From positions 1 to 52,611 of the forward strand of contig CAJVPI010000113.1 of NCBI GenBank assembly GCA_910592345.1: DNA of 52,611 bases, in the 5' to 3' direction. Shown piece after piece: positions 39,713-51,349 of this stretch. The DNA comes from Paraglomus brasilianum (Eukaryota). The notes beneath the pieces were generated by a model that was given only the letters and a program-made list of their open reading frames with translations, did not search any database and had not been told where the DNA came from. Both the position numbers and the translations under genes were made by a program. Numbering within the stretch: the first letter of the stretch is position 1; every line of letters begins with the position of its first letter.

Positions 39713-42503
39713 GTTAACGAAGAATACAGTGGGTATAGACTGAAATTTTTGCACTTACAGCTCGAGTAAGTATGGGTTTCATTTTTTTGTTTCAAAGTGC
39801 CAGATGCAGACGGAAAGATAAATAAAGAAACAAAAAACCGACGGACAGTTACGTTTATATAAGCGTAAAACTCGGAAATTTCCATCGAACGTAAATATAC
39901 ACATGTATTATATAGTGTTAATATAATGTTCAAATAATAAAAGTAAAATATAATTGGTAATTAAAGCGTAAAGGGGCAAAAATAAAGGAGGCAAGGGAAT
40001 AAAGTGTAAAGGTAACAAACACTGTTTAAAACGGATAACAAGAGCTCGGATTGATAAGCTACATAAACCATGTCTTCTGTAAGGGGCAAGTTCTTCTACA
40101 GAGATTGGTCAACATAAAGCGGTTATAAAAAAAAGACGCGTTATGGATATATGTTGCTAATTATTTATATGCAAAATTCATTTGTTAAATTTGCGTATTA
40201 CATGTATATAAACAAAATTAACTTTGTCTGAAATGACGTATTATAAATCAACATTATAAATTTGCAATACAAATATATTATTTTACATGGTTAATTTAAA
40301 TTTGTTATTCTGATTCAGATCAAAAGCAATGACTAATACATATGGACATACATAATTAGTTGAACAATAGCTTGTTGATTCGAATGTCTTTTTTTTCCCC
40401 CTTACTTTAGGAGAAAAATAGAGCCAATAATTTTGTAAATAATTAACTGGATAGCCACAATCATAATAAGCGCCACACAGATGTCAGAAATATTTTCACA
40501 CCCAACTTTATTCTGTTGCGAGTTGACATATCAGGTTTAACAGGCGGGAACTTTATTACCAATTTGAAAATGGCATGACCGTTGGTGTCGAATAGAAATC
40601 GTCTTGGTTGTTATCATTACCCGATTTTGCGGCGCCTACTAATTATTGTGGCTGCCTAGTAAAACTGTGGCACAGAATCTGTTTCGCTTTACAGCTACCC
40701 CCGAATTTTACAATACATGCTTATATAGTTATAAACCCGTTTGTTCTCATCTCTTATTTATTGTTGCGCGTTTCAAACATTAAAACGGAATAACAATTGG
40801 CCGGTTCAGTTAAAACGCACAATTACGCGTAACAAACGAGGGCGTACAGATCAGACAAGTTTAAACAAGTCTCGCTAAACTCTTTGTCAATACAAATATG
40901 GCTAATATATAAATTAAGCCCAAAGGGCATTAATAGATTTATATTATTATTTATTACCCTAAAATGTTACTTTGATTCAAGTGTAATGGGTGCTCACTTG
41001 GATTTTGCGTTCCTTTATTAGTAATGGGTGCTTGATTCATTTCATCCATTTTTCTGGAATTTTGTTACACTGTTTAATAGCATAGAATGTTCTCTATTGG
41101 TATAATATAGATGCATAGTTATTATAATCAACCCCCAAATACTACGGCGGGAATACCAACAAATCAATACATTAATTTGATAATTTTGGCGCCAACGTAA
41201 CATAACAGTCCTTGATAGATTTCAATGATAGATACTATAATCAAGAGTAGTAAAATGCTCAGGGAGCCGTGGCTGATAATCCCCCCTCCTTTTCCATTCC
41301 ACATAAACAAACAAACAAACAACAAGTCAAACCAATGCTTTACAAGTATGTGGTAGTTCTGATTCGGCTCTGATATTACAGTAATAGAGTCATAGAACCT
41401 TATTAAATAATTGTATCTGCGTTATTCAAAATACTTGATTAATGTGATTACTGATGGAATGAGTTTTGTTTGACACAGAATTACGAATAAACGCAAGATT
41501 TATTTGTTCGTATTACTAGTTTCTATTTATGGAAAAGCAAATAAGATTTACTAAATATTTATGTGAGTTTGAAAAGAACAAACGATATGACTCTTATCGT
41601 GAATCTATGTTCTGTGCTACAAGAGGAAAAATCCAGTTGAAAAACCCGTATTTAAAAAAAAAGGAAATTTTGTCATGCAATTTCCTCACTTCTTTCCCAT
41701 GTACTGCAACTGTACTACAAACGATAATCTTTACTGAAAGAATGAACATCTCGACAGTCTACGAACATATTAATGTAGAAACTCCACTCACAAATATTAC
41801 TTTATCGAAAAAAACTCTCTAACATTATTATTATAAAGGGTGGACGTAAAAACATAATAGACAAATTTAGAAGAATAAGAGTTAGTTGATTTTGTAATTA
41901 ACATTCTGCCAATACTTGAAAAACTAATTTTATAAACCATGTTTTAATAGTAATAGCGTAACATAAGATTAGATTTCAAGCTTCTCAAATTTTCAATCGG
42001 CAGCACTATGTCATAACAGGACTTCATTGGCTATGAAACTCTGCTTTGCTTGAACAGACCACGGATAGTATATTTTGCACGGGCTAACTAAGAGGAGTCA
42101 TTTGAAGAAAAATTTTAACACGCATACTTGGCTGCATAAGCGGGATATTTTATAAAATGTCTAATATTTGCGTAATAATAATATTTATTTTTAGATATTC
42201 ATACCGAAAAAGTGACTCAAAGTTCAAAGCAAACTTGTGCAAGTAGAAAATTGCTTACGGGTTGACATGTAAGAGAACATGTGTTTGTAATCATTGAATT
42301 AATGTACCGACATCACGGATACGATGAATATATTGGAAAATAATAATCTATAATTGTGTGTGTAAAGCAGAACTTATTTAACGTTTATTCAAATTAGATA
42401 AATACACTTTAGTCATGCGTAATCAGTTGGAAATAAAAGGTTTCCGCCTTTGGTTTTGCTGTGCGTGATACCAATAAGAGTTATTCGGATAGATTGTAAC
42501 ATA

Positions 42504-43461
42504 TCAATAGTGATCTCCGGAGAGAATCAAGGCTTCATCAAGCAATGCCCGGAGAAAGATTCCCCGAGAGCGCCATTTTCATCTCGATCCATTATAGTTC
42601 TATAATTCCGGCCCTTGTACATCTCGGACCCATTTTGGATAATAACACGGACCCCTAATTCTTCTGCTTTAGCCACCAGGCGTTGGCGAAATTGATAGTG
42701 GCCCCAACAGAGCATTTTGCGAACGGTTATCCTTCTTGTTTTCCGATTTACCGCGTTTAGCGTTTGAACCCTTAATTCGGTTTCATCGACATCAAAATCA
42801 ACCGAAAAATACAGTCCATACGAGGTACCTGAGAGCATAATGATAATGGCGACATTCTTTTTATGAACTTCGCTTTGCAGGTGTTTGATTTTTCGTCGCA
42901 TCCGAAAGATTGCCTTATCAAGTCGCAAGACCTGTTTCTTTTACGTTTTGAACTAGAGGCAGCCAGCTTGTCCTTTATAGAAAGAAGATTATCCATGTGC
43001 TTGCATAGACGAATAATTCGTCCAACGTATTGGCCAATTTTACCTACACCTTTAGTAGGAGAGTACCATGTGAAGGGTGTACGAACGCCAGGGTCGATGG
43101 AAACTGCATGAATAGTACTATCCGCTTGGGTTTCGCGGAGTTGTTTTTGCGCGAAAAATTTTCACTCTTGCAATCGGATGAGGAACAAGCCCATCCACAG
43201 CTGCTTTTGAAGGTGATTTGGATATACATTGATTGGCAGCGTACGATGTTTGTTGCGTGCTGCTATTGTCCTGATTTTGCGCTTTTTTCCTTGTTTGGGG
43301 TTCTCGTCGGGCGACTCTTCTTCCTTGCTTGATTGTAAGGATATCTTGGGAAAGTTCGTGCTCGTCGGAGGTCGCTTCGTTGACGAAAACCATGAGTTTT
43401 GTAGTATTGGGGGGGGGGGGTTTGCGGTAGGTATTTGAATGGCAGAATCGAAAACGCGCAT
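42504..43461 (-). pseudogene. Degraded Fanzor/TnpB-like RNA-guided endonuclease (probably Fanzor2/IS607-TnpB type)
   Basis: Across frameshifts the sequence reads NSWFS...KQGKKRK...RTLPINVYPNHLQKQLWMG (OrfB/WED-like start), RETQAD..HAVSIDPGVRTPFTWYSP (RuvC-I, D at 43093-43095), RMRRKIKHLQSEVHKK, RKMLCWGHYQFRQRLVAKAEELGVRVIIQN and MDRDENGA(R)GIFLRALLD (RuvC-III, D at 42581-42583). Confidence 0.85.
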
Positions 43462-43583
43462 GAAACATGCAATCTCATATGGAGCCTACGCGCAATCTTA
43501 TATGGCCTACGCGCGTAAAACATGGAGCCCACGCGCATGCAACATGTAATCTTATATGGAGCGCACGAAACATGTGCTTGCAT
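43454..43583. repeat. Cluster of short direct repeats immediately upstream of the Fanzor-like ORF
   Basis: ACGCGCATG(A/C)AACATG(C/T)AATCT(C/T)ATATGGAGC at 43454 and 43531, with a partial AATCTTATATGG-CCTACGCGC between them. Confidence 0.7.
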
Positions 43584-44446
43584 TGAATGAAGCTATTGTC
43601 TACCTGAAGCTTTGACTGCATACAACTCTCTCGGCAATACCATCCGAGTGAGGAATGATTACGCCGCCCATAAAGGCTCCAAAGATACAGTGCGCGAAAA
43701 AGGAGGTGGAATAAAATGCATAAACTTTATTTCCTTCTAAAATACGTCTAATCAAAGTCAACTATTCTTATGCATGTAATGCCGACAAGAAAACTCTCAC
43801 ATAACTTTATTTGTTAACACTTGGTTTTGTTATTAAAAATACTACGGTAAGATCCAGTATGTTGGACTACAAGTTTAATAGAGTTAATATACTGTTCAGA
43901 ACATTAGAACAATGCTCTTGTACAGAAAATGACCTACTTTGCACATTTCTGATTCTCTTTCTTAACATCAGTTTTCCACTAGAAAGAATCCAGTGCAGCC
44001 AGTCCCACTCAGCATGCCGCATTCTCCCAGGTCTTTGCCTTTCTGAATCCATGTCTTCAACCACATCATGCAAACTCGCACAACACACAATGACATAATC
44101 CAGTCCATTTCTCAACGACGCAAGCATCTGACTCCCATGCAAGTCGTTCGTTTGTTTTTTTCCTCCAAAAAGTCGCCTGCCCGACAAAATAAAATTTGCC
44201 GCACGCAGCAGTCTTTCAGCATATAGAAAGATTGAAAACATAATGGCAAACACAATGGCATCTCTCCCCTCACTTCCCACACTGCGCAACATCTTTCAGC
44301 CACAGGCCCCCAATGAACCCAACACAATTACCATCCCCGCTCATAATGTGTTGTGGTTTCCGTGGTCTGTCAATTGAGGTTAGTTTGTAATGGGCTAGTT
44401 TGGGAAATAACATAATTATGTTATTTCCACTTAGTTCCCCTCATCT

Positions 44447-44610
44447 ATGACGTGTAGATTGCAAAATTCAAGTCATTCGAGTGATGGGTTGATCATAAAG
44501 CTCAAGTCATTCGGGTGATGGGTAGATCGTAAAATTCAAGTCACTTGACCAATAATATATACCTAGTGTGACGTGTACACGTAGATTGCCAAACTCAAGT
44601 CATATCACAT
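44447..44610. repeat. TGACGTGTAGATTGC motif followed by ~33-bp tandem repeats
   Basis: AAA(A/G)(T/C)TCAAGTCATTCG(A/G)GTGATGGGT(T/A)GATC occurs ~2.5 times. The motif recurs at ~44569 and 45320. Confidence 0.6.
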
Positions 44611-44952
44611 GTAATATAAAGTATATCAGTTTGACGACCGTGGTTAATTTCGATTATAAGATACTCCCCAATTCAGGTTATGACGAGCCATGGGCGACTA
44701 CTCTGTATGATGCTTTAAAGCTTCTAGAATTTTATATTCGATATCATTTTGTGTATATCGGGTTAGTGTTCATGGCTGATTTCTGTTGCAATAAAATAAC
44801 TGATTTAGGTTATGATGCCCCCGTGTTGTTATCACGAGTTTGATGGGTCGAATACATTTTATGCGTCATTTGCCAGCTTTCTTTAGGATGTCGAATTCGA
44901 CAGTATTTATTGTATGCTAAATAAAGATCAGAGGTGGAAAATTAATCGCGCA

Positions 44953-45222
44953 AATGCTATATCCGGTCATGCTATATACATGTTATCGGGTCATGTTATT
45001 GCGAATTTGACGACCCGATTGTGATTATGTCGTCATTTGTAGAGGCATATAGCCAGAGTATATGCCATCTAGTACGTTATATACATGCTATCTGGTTATG
45101 CTATCGGGCATATTACATATATGCTATCTGAACATGTATGCGATCTATGTCACGTAATTGCTATCGATTAATGCTATCGGGTATGTCAGCTATGCTATCA
45201 AGAAAATGCTATCGAGTATGTT
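44953..45222. repeat. Low-complexity array of ATG(C/T)TAT(A/C) motifs
   Basis: More than ten ATGCTAT/ATGTTAT copies are visible. Confidence 0.6.
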
Positions 45223-45343
45223 ATATTAAAGTGCATTTTGCTTTTTTCGACACACTCGAGTGACGTGCATTTTGCGTTTGCCTCGTCAAAGATGAGACGT
45301 TTATAGTCTGCTCACCAGGTGACGTGTAGATTGCAGGAAGGGC

Positions 45344-45845
45344 GGGTATATAACTCCCATAATTATTATATAATATTACTGAAGTTATACACTCCGAAAA
45401 TATATCGTTAAATGGGTAGGTTTCTCCCACATTTATTATATAATATTACCAAAGTTACCTACCCTGAAAACATATCGTCAGATGGGTATATAACTTCGTT
45501 TTTTCTTATATAATATTACTGAACTTATACACTCGAAGACATATCATTAAAGTGGGTAGTTATCTACCCCGAAAAAAGTGTAGTGTTCTGCCATTTTTCT
45601 TATAGTGGAGCTAGTGTCTCTGACACATATACATTACTGCATATTACTACACCCAATCACATACCCCAAAAACATATATCGAAACGGGTATATAACTCCC
45701 ATTTTTCTTATATAGTATTACTGAACTTATATACCTGAAAACATATCATTGAAAGGGTATTCTTCTGCCATTTTTCTTATAATATATTACCACACTTGAA
45801 TACCCTTGATGACATATCATCGAATACCTACCCGAAAACATACCA
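45344..45845. repeat. 70-bp tandem array with alternating A/B units
   Basis: Units start with GGGTA at 45344, 45414, 45484, 45554, 45686 and 45755. Most share the core TT(A/C)TTATATAATATTAC...GAAAACATATC. Confidence 0.85.
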
Positions 45846-46052
45846 AAAACATATTATCAAAGTATGCCGAAATTTTTGTCACAAGTTGTCACTAGATGTC
45901 ACTAGTTGTTTGCAGGTACTTGTGACAGAACTTGTGACAGCTGTTTGAGAGTTTCGAGCCTTTTTGTTTCTCTCTTGATTACTTCTCTATATCTGTCACA
46001 AGTTACTTAAGTAAAATAGTAGAATTCTAAGGGAAAAAAAATAAAACTCTTC

Positions 46053-46246
46053 CTATGGTATACCTTTGATATATACCCGATAGTACACACACATATACCT
46101 GACACATATATCTAGTACATATATGATATACTCAATACCTATGATACATATACATATATCTGATATATACCTACCTTTGATACATATACATATACCTGTT
46201 ATATACCTACCTTTGATATATACATATACATATGGTATACCTATAG
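46053..46246. repeat. (TATACA)-rich low-complexity tract bounded by TATGGTATACCT copies
   Basis: Directly visible. Confidence 0.7.
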
Positions 46247-46814
46247 AAAAAAAGAAAAAAAAAAAGGTAGGACTCAACAAATTAACCTAATAAACAGTAA
46301 AAAAAACATCAAATTAAAATTACTTACTCTCTTGGGTTTCTCCATGTAATCTGGATCTGATGAATGATCCTCTTCCTCTGAACTTTCAGTATGATGATAA
46401 TGTATGGATTTTCTTTTTCTGGTCGATCTCTTCCAGCAAGAAAAGTTATAAATCAGTTTTAATGTAATTATTCTTTAATCCTTAACTGGAATCACCTTTT
46501 TTGTAACTTCCACGGTCTCCTCAGCTATATTCTCCATCATACATTGCACCTTACTACTTATATCGACATGGCACCGTTTCTGTACAAGTATATCATTTAG
46601 TAAAAGCTCAAAGAGTTATTCAGCCAAAAGCATACTTACCATTTGCAAAGTTCTCTCTGATTCTAGACGTTGTTCTTCGTTATTATTACACATTGACTCA
46701 ATTTCGTTCCATAAGTTGTTGACATCTTGATTACGAGCTCATAAAAAAAGAATAAGATTTTGATACTGAGATTCTATATGAAAGAATGTTTGCAGATCAC
46801 AATAGACAGGCAGA

Positions 46815-47141
46815 TCACAACAGACAAGTAGACCATAAGATAAGCAACAAGTAGATGCCCAACATAGTTGTGTGAGTTTTACCCCTTCTCGGGACTGCTG
46901 GAAGCCTTCCATACTGTCTGTGACAGACCACAATGGACAAGTAGACCATAAGATGAGCAACAAGTAGATGCCCAACGTAGTTGTGTGAGTTTTACCCCTT
47001 CTCGGGACTGCTGGAAGCCTTCCATACTGTCTGTGACAGACCACAACAGACAAGTAGACCATAAGATGAGCAACAAGTAGATGCCCAATGTAGTTGTGTG
47101 AGTTTTATCCTTTCTCAGGACTGCTGGAAATCTCCCATACT
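46815..47141. repeat. Recent 113-bp tandem triplication within a probable pseudogene remnant
   Basis: GACAAGTAGACCATAAGAT starts at 46823, 46936 and 47049 (period 113), with high identity between units. Confidence 0.9.
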
Positions 47142-47887
47142 GCATGCACCATCCAGAAATTTTAATATGACTTACTATTACATCAAATCCTTGCAATAGC
47201 ATGCCAGCACGTTTCTTAACGTCTTCCGAACTCAGGGATTCCAGACATTTTCGAAGTATGTCAGCCTCCTTTTGAAAGGAAAAAGTAAAATCAACTTGCC
47301 TCCTACAATACTGGTAAAACCCCAGGAAGCGGTACTTTTCAGGCGCCGTTTTGGTAAAGTAACCATAGTAGGTGTTCGTCGTGAATGCGGTTATATACTA
47401 ATGTAGGTATGTAGTTCAAAAGTATTATGACGCGAGTTAGGGACATGTAAATTTTTTGAAAATATTTCGTAATTTTTATACATATGTAACACATCACATG
47501 GAAAGGATATTATTGGTTAAAAGTCAGAATTTATAAAGATAAACACGTGAAGTTCTTAATTCCAGCTGGAACTACTAACTAAATGCTGGCAAAAATCGAA
47601 ATTTTTGGCTAGACCGAAAGAAATTTTCGAAATAATATTTACGTGTCCCTGGCGCGAGTATATTATCCTCACAACGGGATAAATGTAGTTATTGAACCAA
47701 AAGAGATTGTACCGATTACGATGCTTGTTTCTTAATTTTAGAGGAGAGCTAATTCGCCGGAGCACTGACTAAGATTGCGCTATCAACGAAATTAAGGCAA
47801 ACTAGACAGTCTGTACTTGGAATACGAGCAAAGCATTATTTATTACTATTACTATGTGTATGAGACGCACTATATGTGTGAGCCACC

Positions 47888-50800
47888 CTATATATCTAGT
47901 CCGCAAAGAATTTTTCGTCCTAAATTATCCGTAAAGAATTAGGAACAAATAAGTAATGACCACCAACTGGCCCCCGCTCCTTTCTCTCTCCCCCGAATCT
48001 CACCTCATCACTCATATCAAGTATACCACTTTTATCATCAACAGGGCTAGGCGCTCTCGCAGTTCGTGTCGACCGAGTCGATCCCCTTCCTTGACGCGTC
48101 TTTGCTGGCTGCGCACGCCCACGTCCACGTGCACGCCCACGGCCTCTCCCACGTTTTTTTGGTTCTGGTTCATATGAAGGATCACGGCTAGACGAGACGA
48201 GTGATAGATAACTCTTGCATTAATGGTTATGACAAAGGATGCGAAAACTATTGTGAGAATAATTACGTATACGATTTACCTCTCACTTCTTCTCTGTCTA
48301 GTGCCCGTTCGCGCAGACGAGTCAGCCTCCTCGCTCACCCTGTTAGGAAAATCATTGTCTATATCCATCAATTCTGTAGACATGTCGGGTGCATTATCCT
48401 TATAAAAATTGAGTTAGTAAACAGGATCAAAATCTATGAAACCAATATTTATTTTACACGATATATTTACGCAGACATCACCCGCAATGCAATAATACTC
48501 ACCTCTGCGGCATCTGCATTGTTTGACTGCTCCAACCAGTCTAATGGATCACTTGATCCACGAAATTCTGTTCTCATTTCTTCTGTAATAAGACGCATCT
48601 GACGTATACATGAAAGAAAAAAGCGTTGTAAAGTTGTTCCATATATGGAAGGAAAATAATTAGCAACGGACGTAATTATGCCAGTGGCGATAAGCACAAA
48701 CCGCATCAGTAGTCAAAGTCTCATTGTCCAACGTCTCTAGCGGAAGTCTTCCCATTCGCTCAGTAAGAATTCGCTCTGAACTACCCAAACAACTGTGACG
48801 TGATTTACATTCATACAACCAATCGATTATTATTACGTACACATACGGACGTGTCTCGTGGTATTATAAGTCGCCGCTTGACACACCCCCCCTCCCCCCC
48901 GTTTCTCTTTTTAAACACCCATGCAACAAACTTACTCGATAATGCTTTGGGAAGCAGCAGAATTTACAGATTTCTTTATCGCTAATTCCATCGGCTCCCA
49001 TGGTATAGTAGCTAAACTCTGCAGTCGAGAGGCCATATTAGGAAGGATTTGTGCCCAAGGCTCATCATTATCAGAAACCGGTAGTGTTGAAGACGTCGGT
49101 TCTGCGGCGGCGGAGGAGGAGGACGCAGTTGCGATGACTATGTTGATGGTTTGCGGTTGATCCCAAGATGAGAAAGAATGAAGTCGGGATATGAGCTCAA
49201 CCTTCCGTTTTAGTAACATTGGATATAGTTATTATTTTTTAACAAGATTAATTTCGAGTATGGCTCGTCCGTACCTCTTCTGCGCTTTGTTATGGTTTTG
49301 AATAAATCAGAGTGTTTAGGATTAGCCACCTGTGTTTCAAAACCACGACTCCAATCTATCGCCTTGTCTTCCATCAGTTCCCCAAGCTCGACCTGAGCAT
49401 TGACATGACCAACAGTATACAATCGTTATGACGGATAAAGAAACTCAATCCCAAGGTAAAAAAAAAAAAACAACAATAACGATGGAATTACATATAGCCT
49501 TATCAACGGTAGCGGTGGTTCAAGGTTTCCATTTACTCTTCTCCATTCTTCCTTTGCTTCTTGAATCATCTCCTCGACCTTTCAGCACGGTAATAAAAGG
49601 GAATATTGCAATTAGCAAACCAGAAAACAAGTACACGTTATTTTATACCCAGGATTCTCACAAAGTCGTATCCTACTGCCTCACCTTCCTTTGTACGCAT
49701 GCTTTGATTTCTAATGGATTATTTTGTGCCAAATCAGGGTCCTCGTGTAAAGCAAGCTTGTCGAATACGAGAGGTCTGACTGTTCTTAATCTTATTTTAT
49801 CCATGCTAAATTGCTTGTTATTTATTCTGAGAATGCCCACATGTCTATTTGAAACAAAGAAATATGAGCAGCCGCGTCAGTTTGTGAATATATTCAACTG
49901 ATTATCATCTCCTAACGGCCAACAAAATGTATCATACTTTGGAGATGACTCAGCTTCTATTAGAGACGTAGCCACCGTTGATCCGGGCTGAGTTATGTAG
50001 AAATCCATGTCGCCCATGTATTCGGGATCTATCCGGCATTCGTGTTCGTGTCCCCAGACTATTAGATCAAGCCATGTATGAAGAAGGGATTCCTTTATGT
50101 AACCTTCGCGATTGCGCACACTTTGTTAGAATAGGATATCAACCTTTGTGAGCGATACTGCATATAATTATAATCCTCATTCAATTCTCCTCCCCCCACC
50201 TTCTTCAATCTATAAGAAGACTCTTTCCTCCCCCACCTCTCCTCTCTTCCCAATAATTACCGATTTTGATGTAGCACGAACATATGAAACCATTGATCAG
50301 AGTCTCTCGGTTTTCCCAGCATAACCTCGCGCTTCTCAAATGATTGCATCAGCCTCATATCACGTATATACCCCAGACCATGAAGAGCCACGCCCGTATT
50401 TCCTTTTTTAATAAGAAGTGGGCGGATTACGATATTATCGAGGGTCTCTGTTCGACCAAAGTAGTTTATCAACCTATTTTCGGCAAGGTTATCGAGTTCA
50501 CTTATGGTATCCGGCTTTGGTGTATGCAAGGGAGGAAGGGAGAGAGGGAGAGAGGGAGAGAGGAAAGAGAGGAAAGAGAGGAAAGGTTATGAAATAAAAA
50601 AGCGTATTATTGACACAACTGTGTATAAATAAATGTATGTAGAACAGGCGGTATTAGAACTATATGATTGTTGTAGTTGAAGCATTGCTTACTCCAGTTG
50701 GATCATCGTGATTTCCGTGAATTGCAAATATTGGCATTTTGATATTGATATTTTTATCTTCAAAGTTGGCTTTCCTGAGCATAGCATATCATTAATTCAC

Positions 50801-51349
50801 TTTACCTAATATAATTAGACAGAACCAACCCATAGTTTTAATCTTCACCCACCCCTTAGACAAGACACTACCGGTACCGCAAACAATCTCAAAATCAATA
50901 AATCGATCCCCAATAACATATTCGTGCAATAAACTCATCAATCGATGTCGAACATGTTTCGGCGGCTGATTTTTATCAAAAAGATCGCCCCCCAGAAGAA
51001 TCATATCCACCTACACACGAACAAATTACTTGAAATTATTATCAGAGCCAAGGAGGGAGATTATAAAATACGTTGAATACAAGCAGCATACTTTATTTTG
51101 CTCAGCAATATCCAGAATTTCTTTAAATGTTACGAATGTGTCGTCTTGAAGCACCACATCGCCATCCTTGTAACCAAGGTGGTTGTCAGAGGTTACAAGT
51201 ATTTTGAGCGTATCTGGCCCGTCTTCTATGGGTGGCCCACTGAAAGAGTTCAAGATAGATCAGTGGGCAGCTGCGAAATAACGAGTGACAAGAAAATATC
51301 GAGTATACTTGCATAGGCATCTTAGAGTATTGGTTACGATAGAGGGCAT
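47888..51349 (-). CDS. MRE11: MRE11 double-strand break repair nuclease (divergent), multi-exon
   Basis: All five phosphoesterase motifs are present: [29 protein letters not shown] and WGHEHEC. Also seen are [32 protein letters not shown] and a C-terminal [12 protein letters not shown] (GAR). The first exon (ATG 51349) and last exon (stop 47888) are tentative. Confidence 0.9.

Noticed and set aside
43867..44327. 141-aa ORF upstream of the Fanzor relic as its transposase
   Set aside because: No serine recombinase, HUH or DDE motif is recognisable in any frame I read.
45344..45845. CRISPR-like repeat-spacer array
   Set aside because: The units align along their whole 70 bp, so there are no unique spacers.
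46739..47202. Two 107-aa ORFs with repeated peptides
   Set aside because: They are a by-product of the 113-bp repeat (not a multiple of 3) being read in shifting frames.
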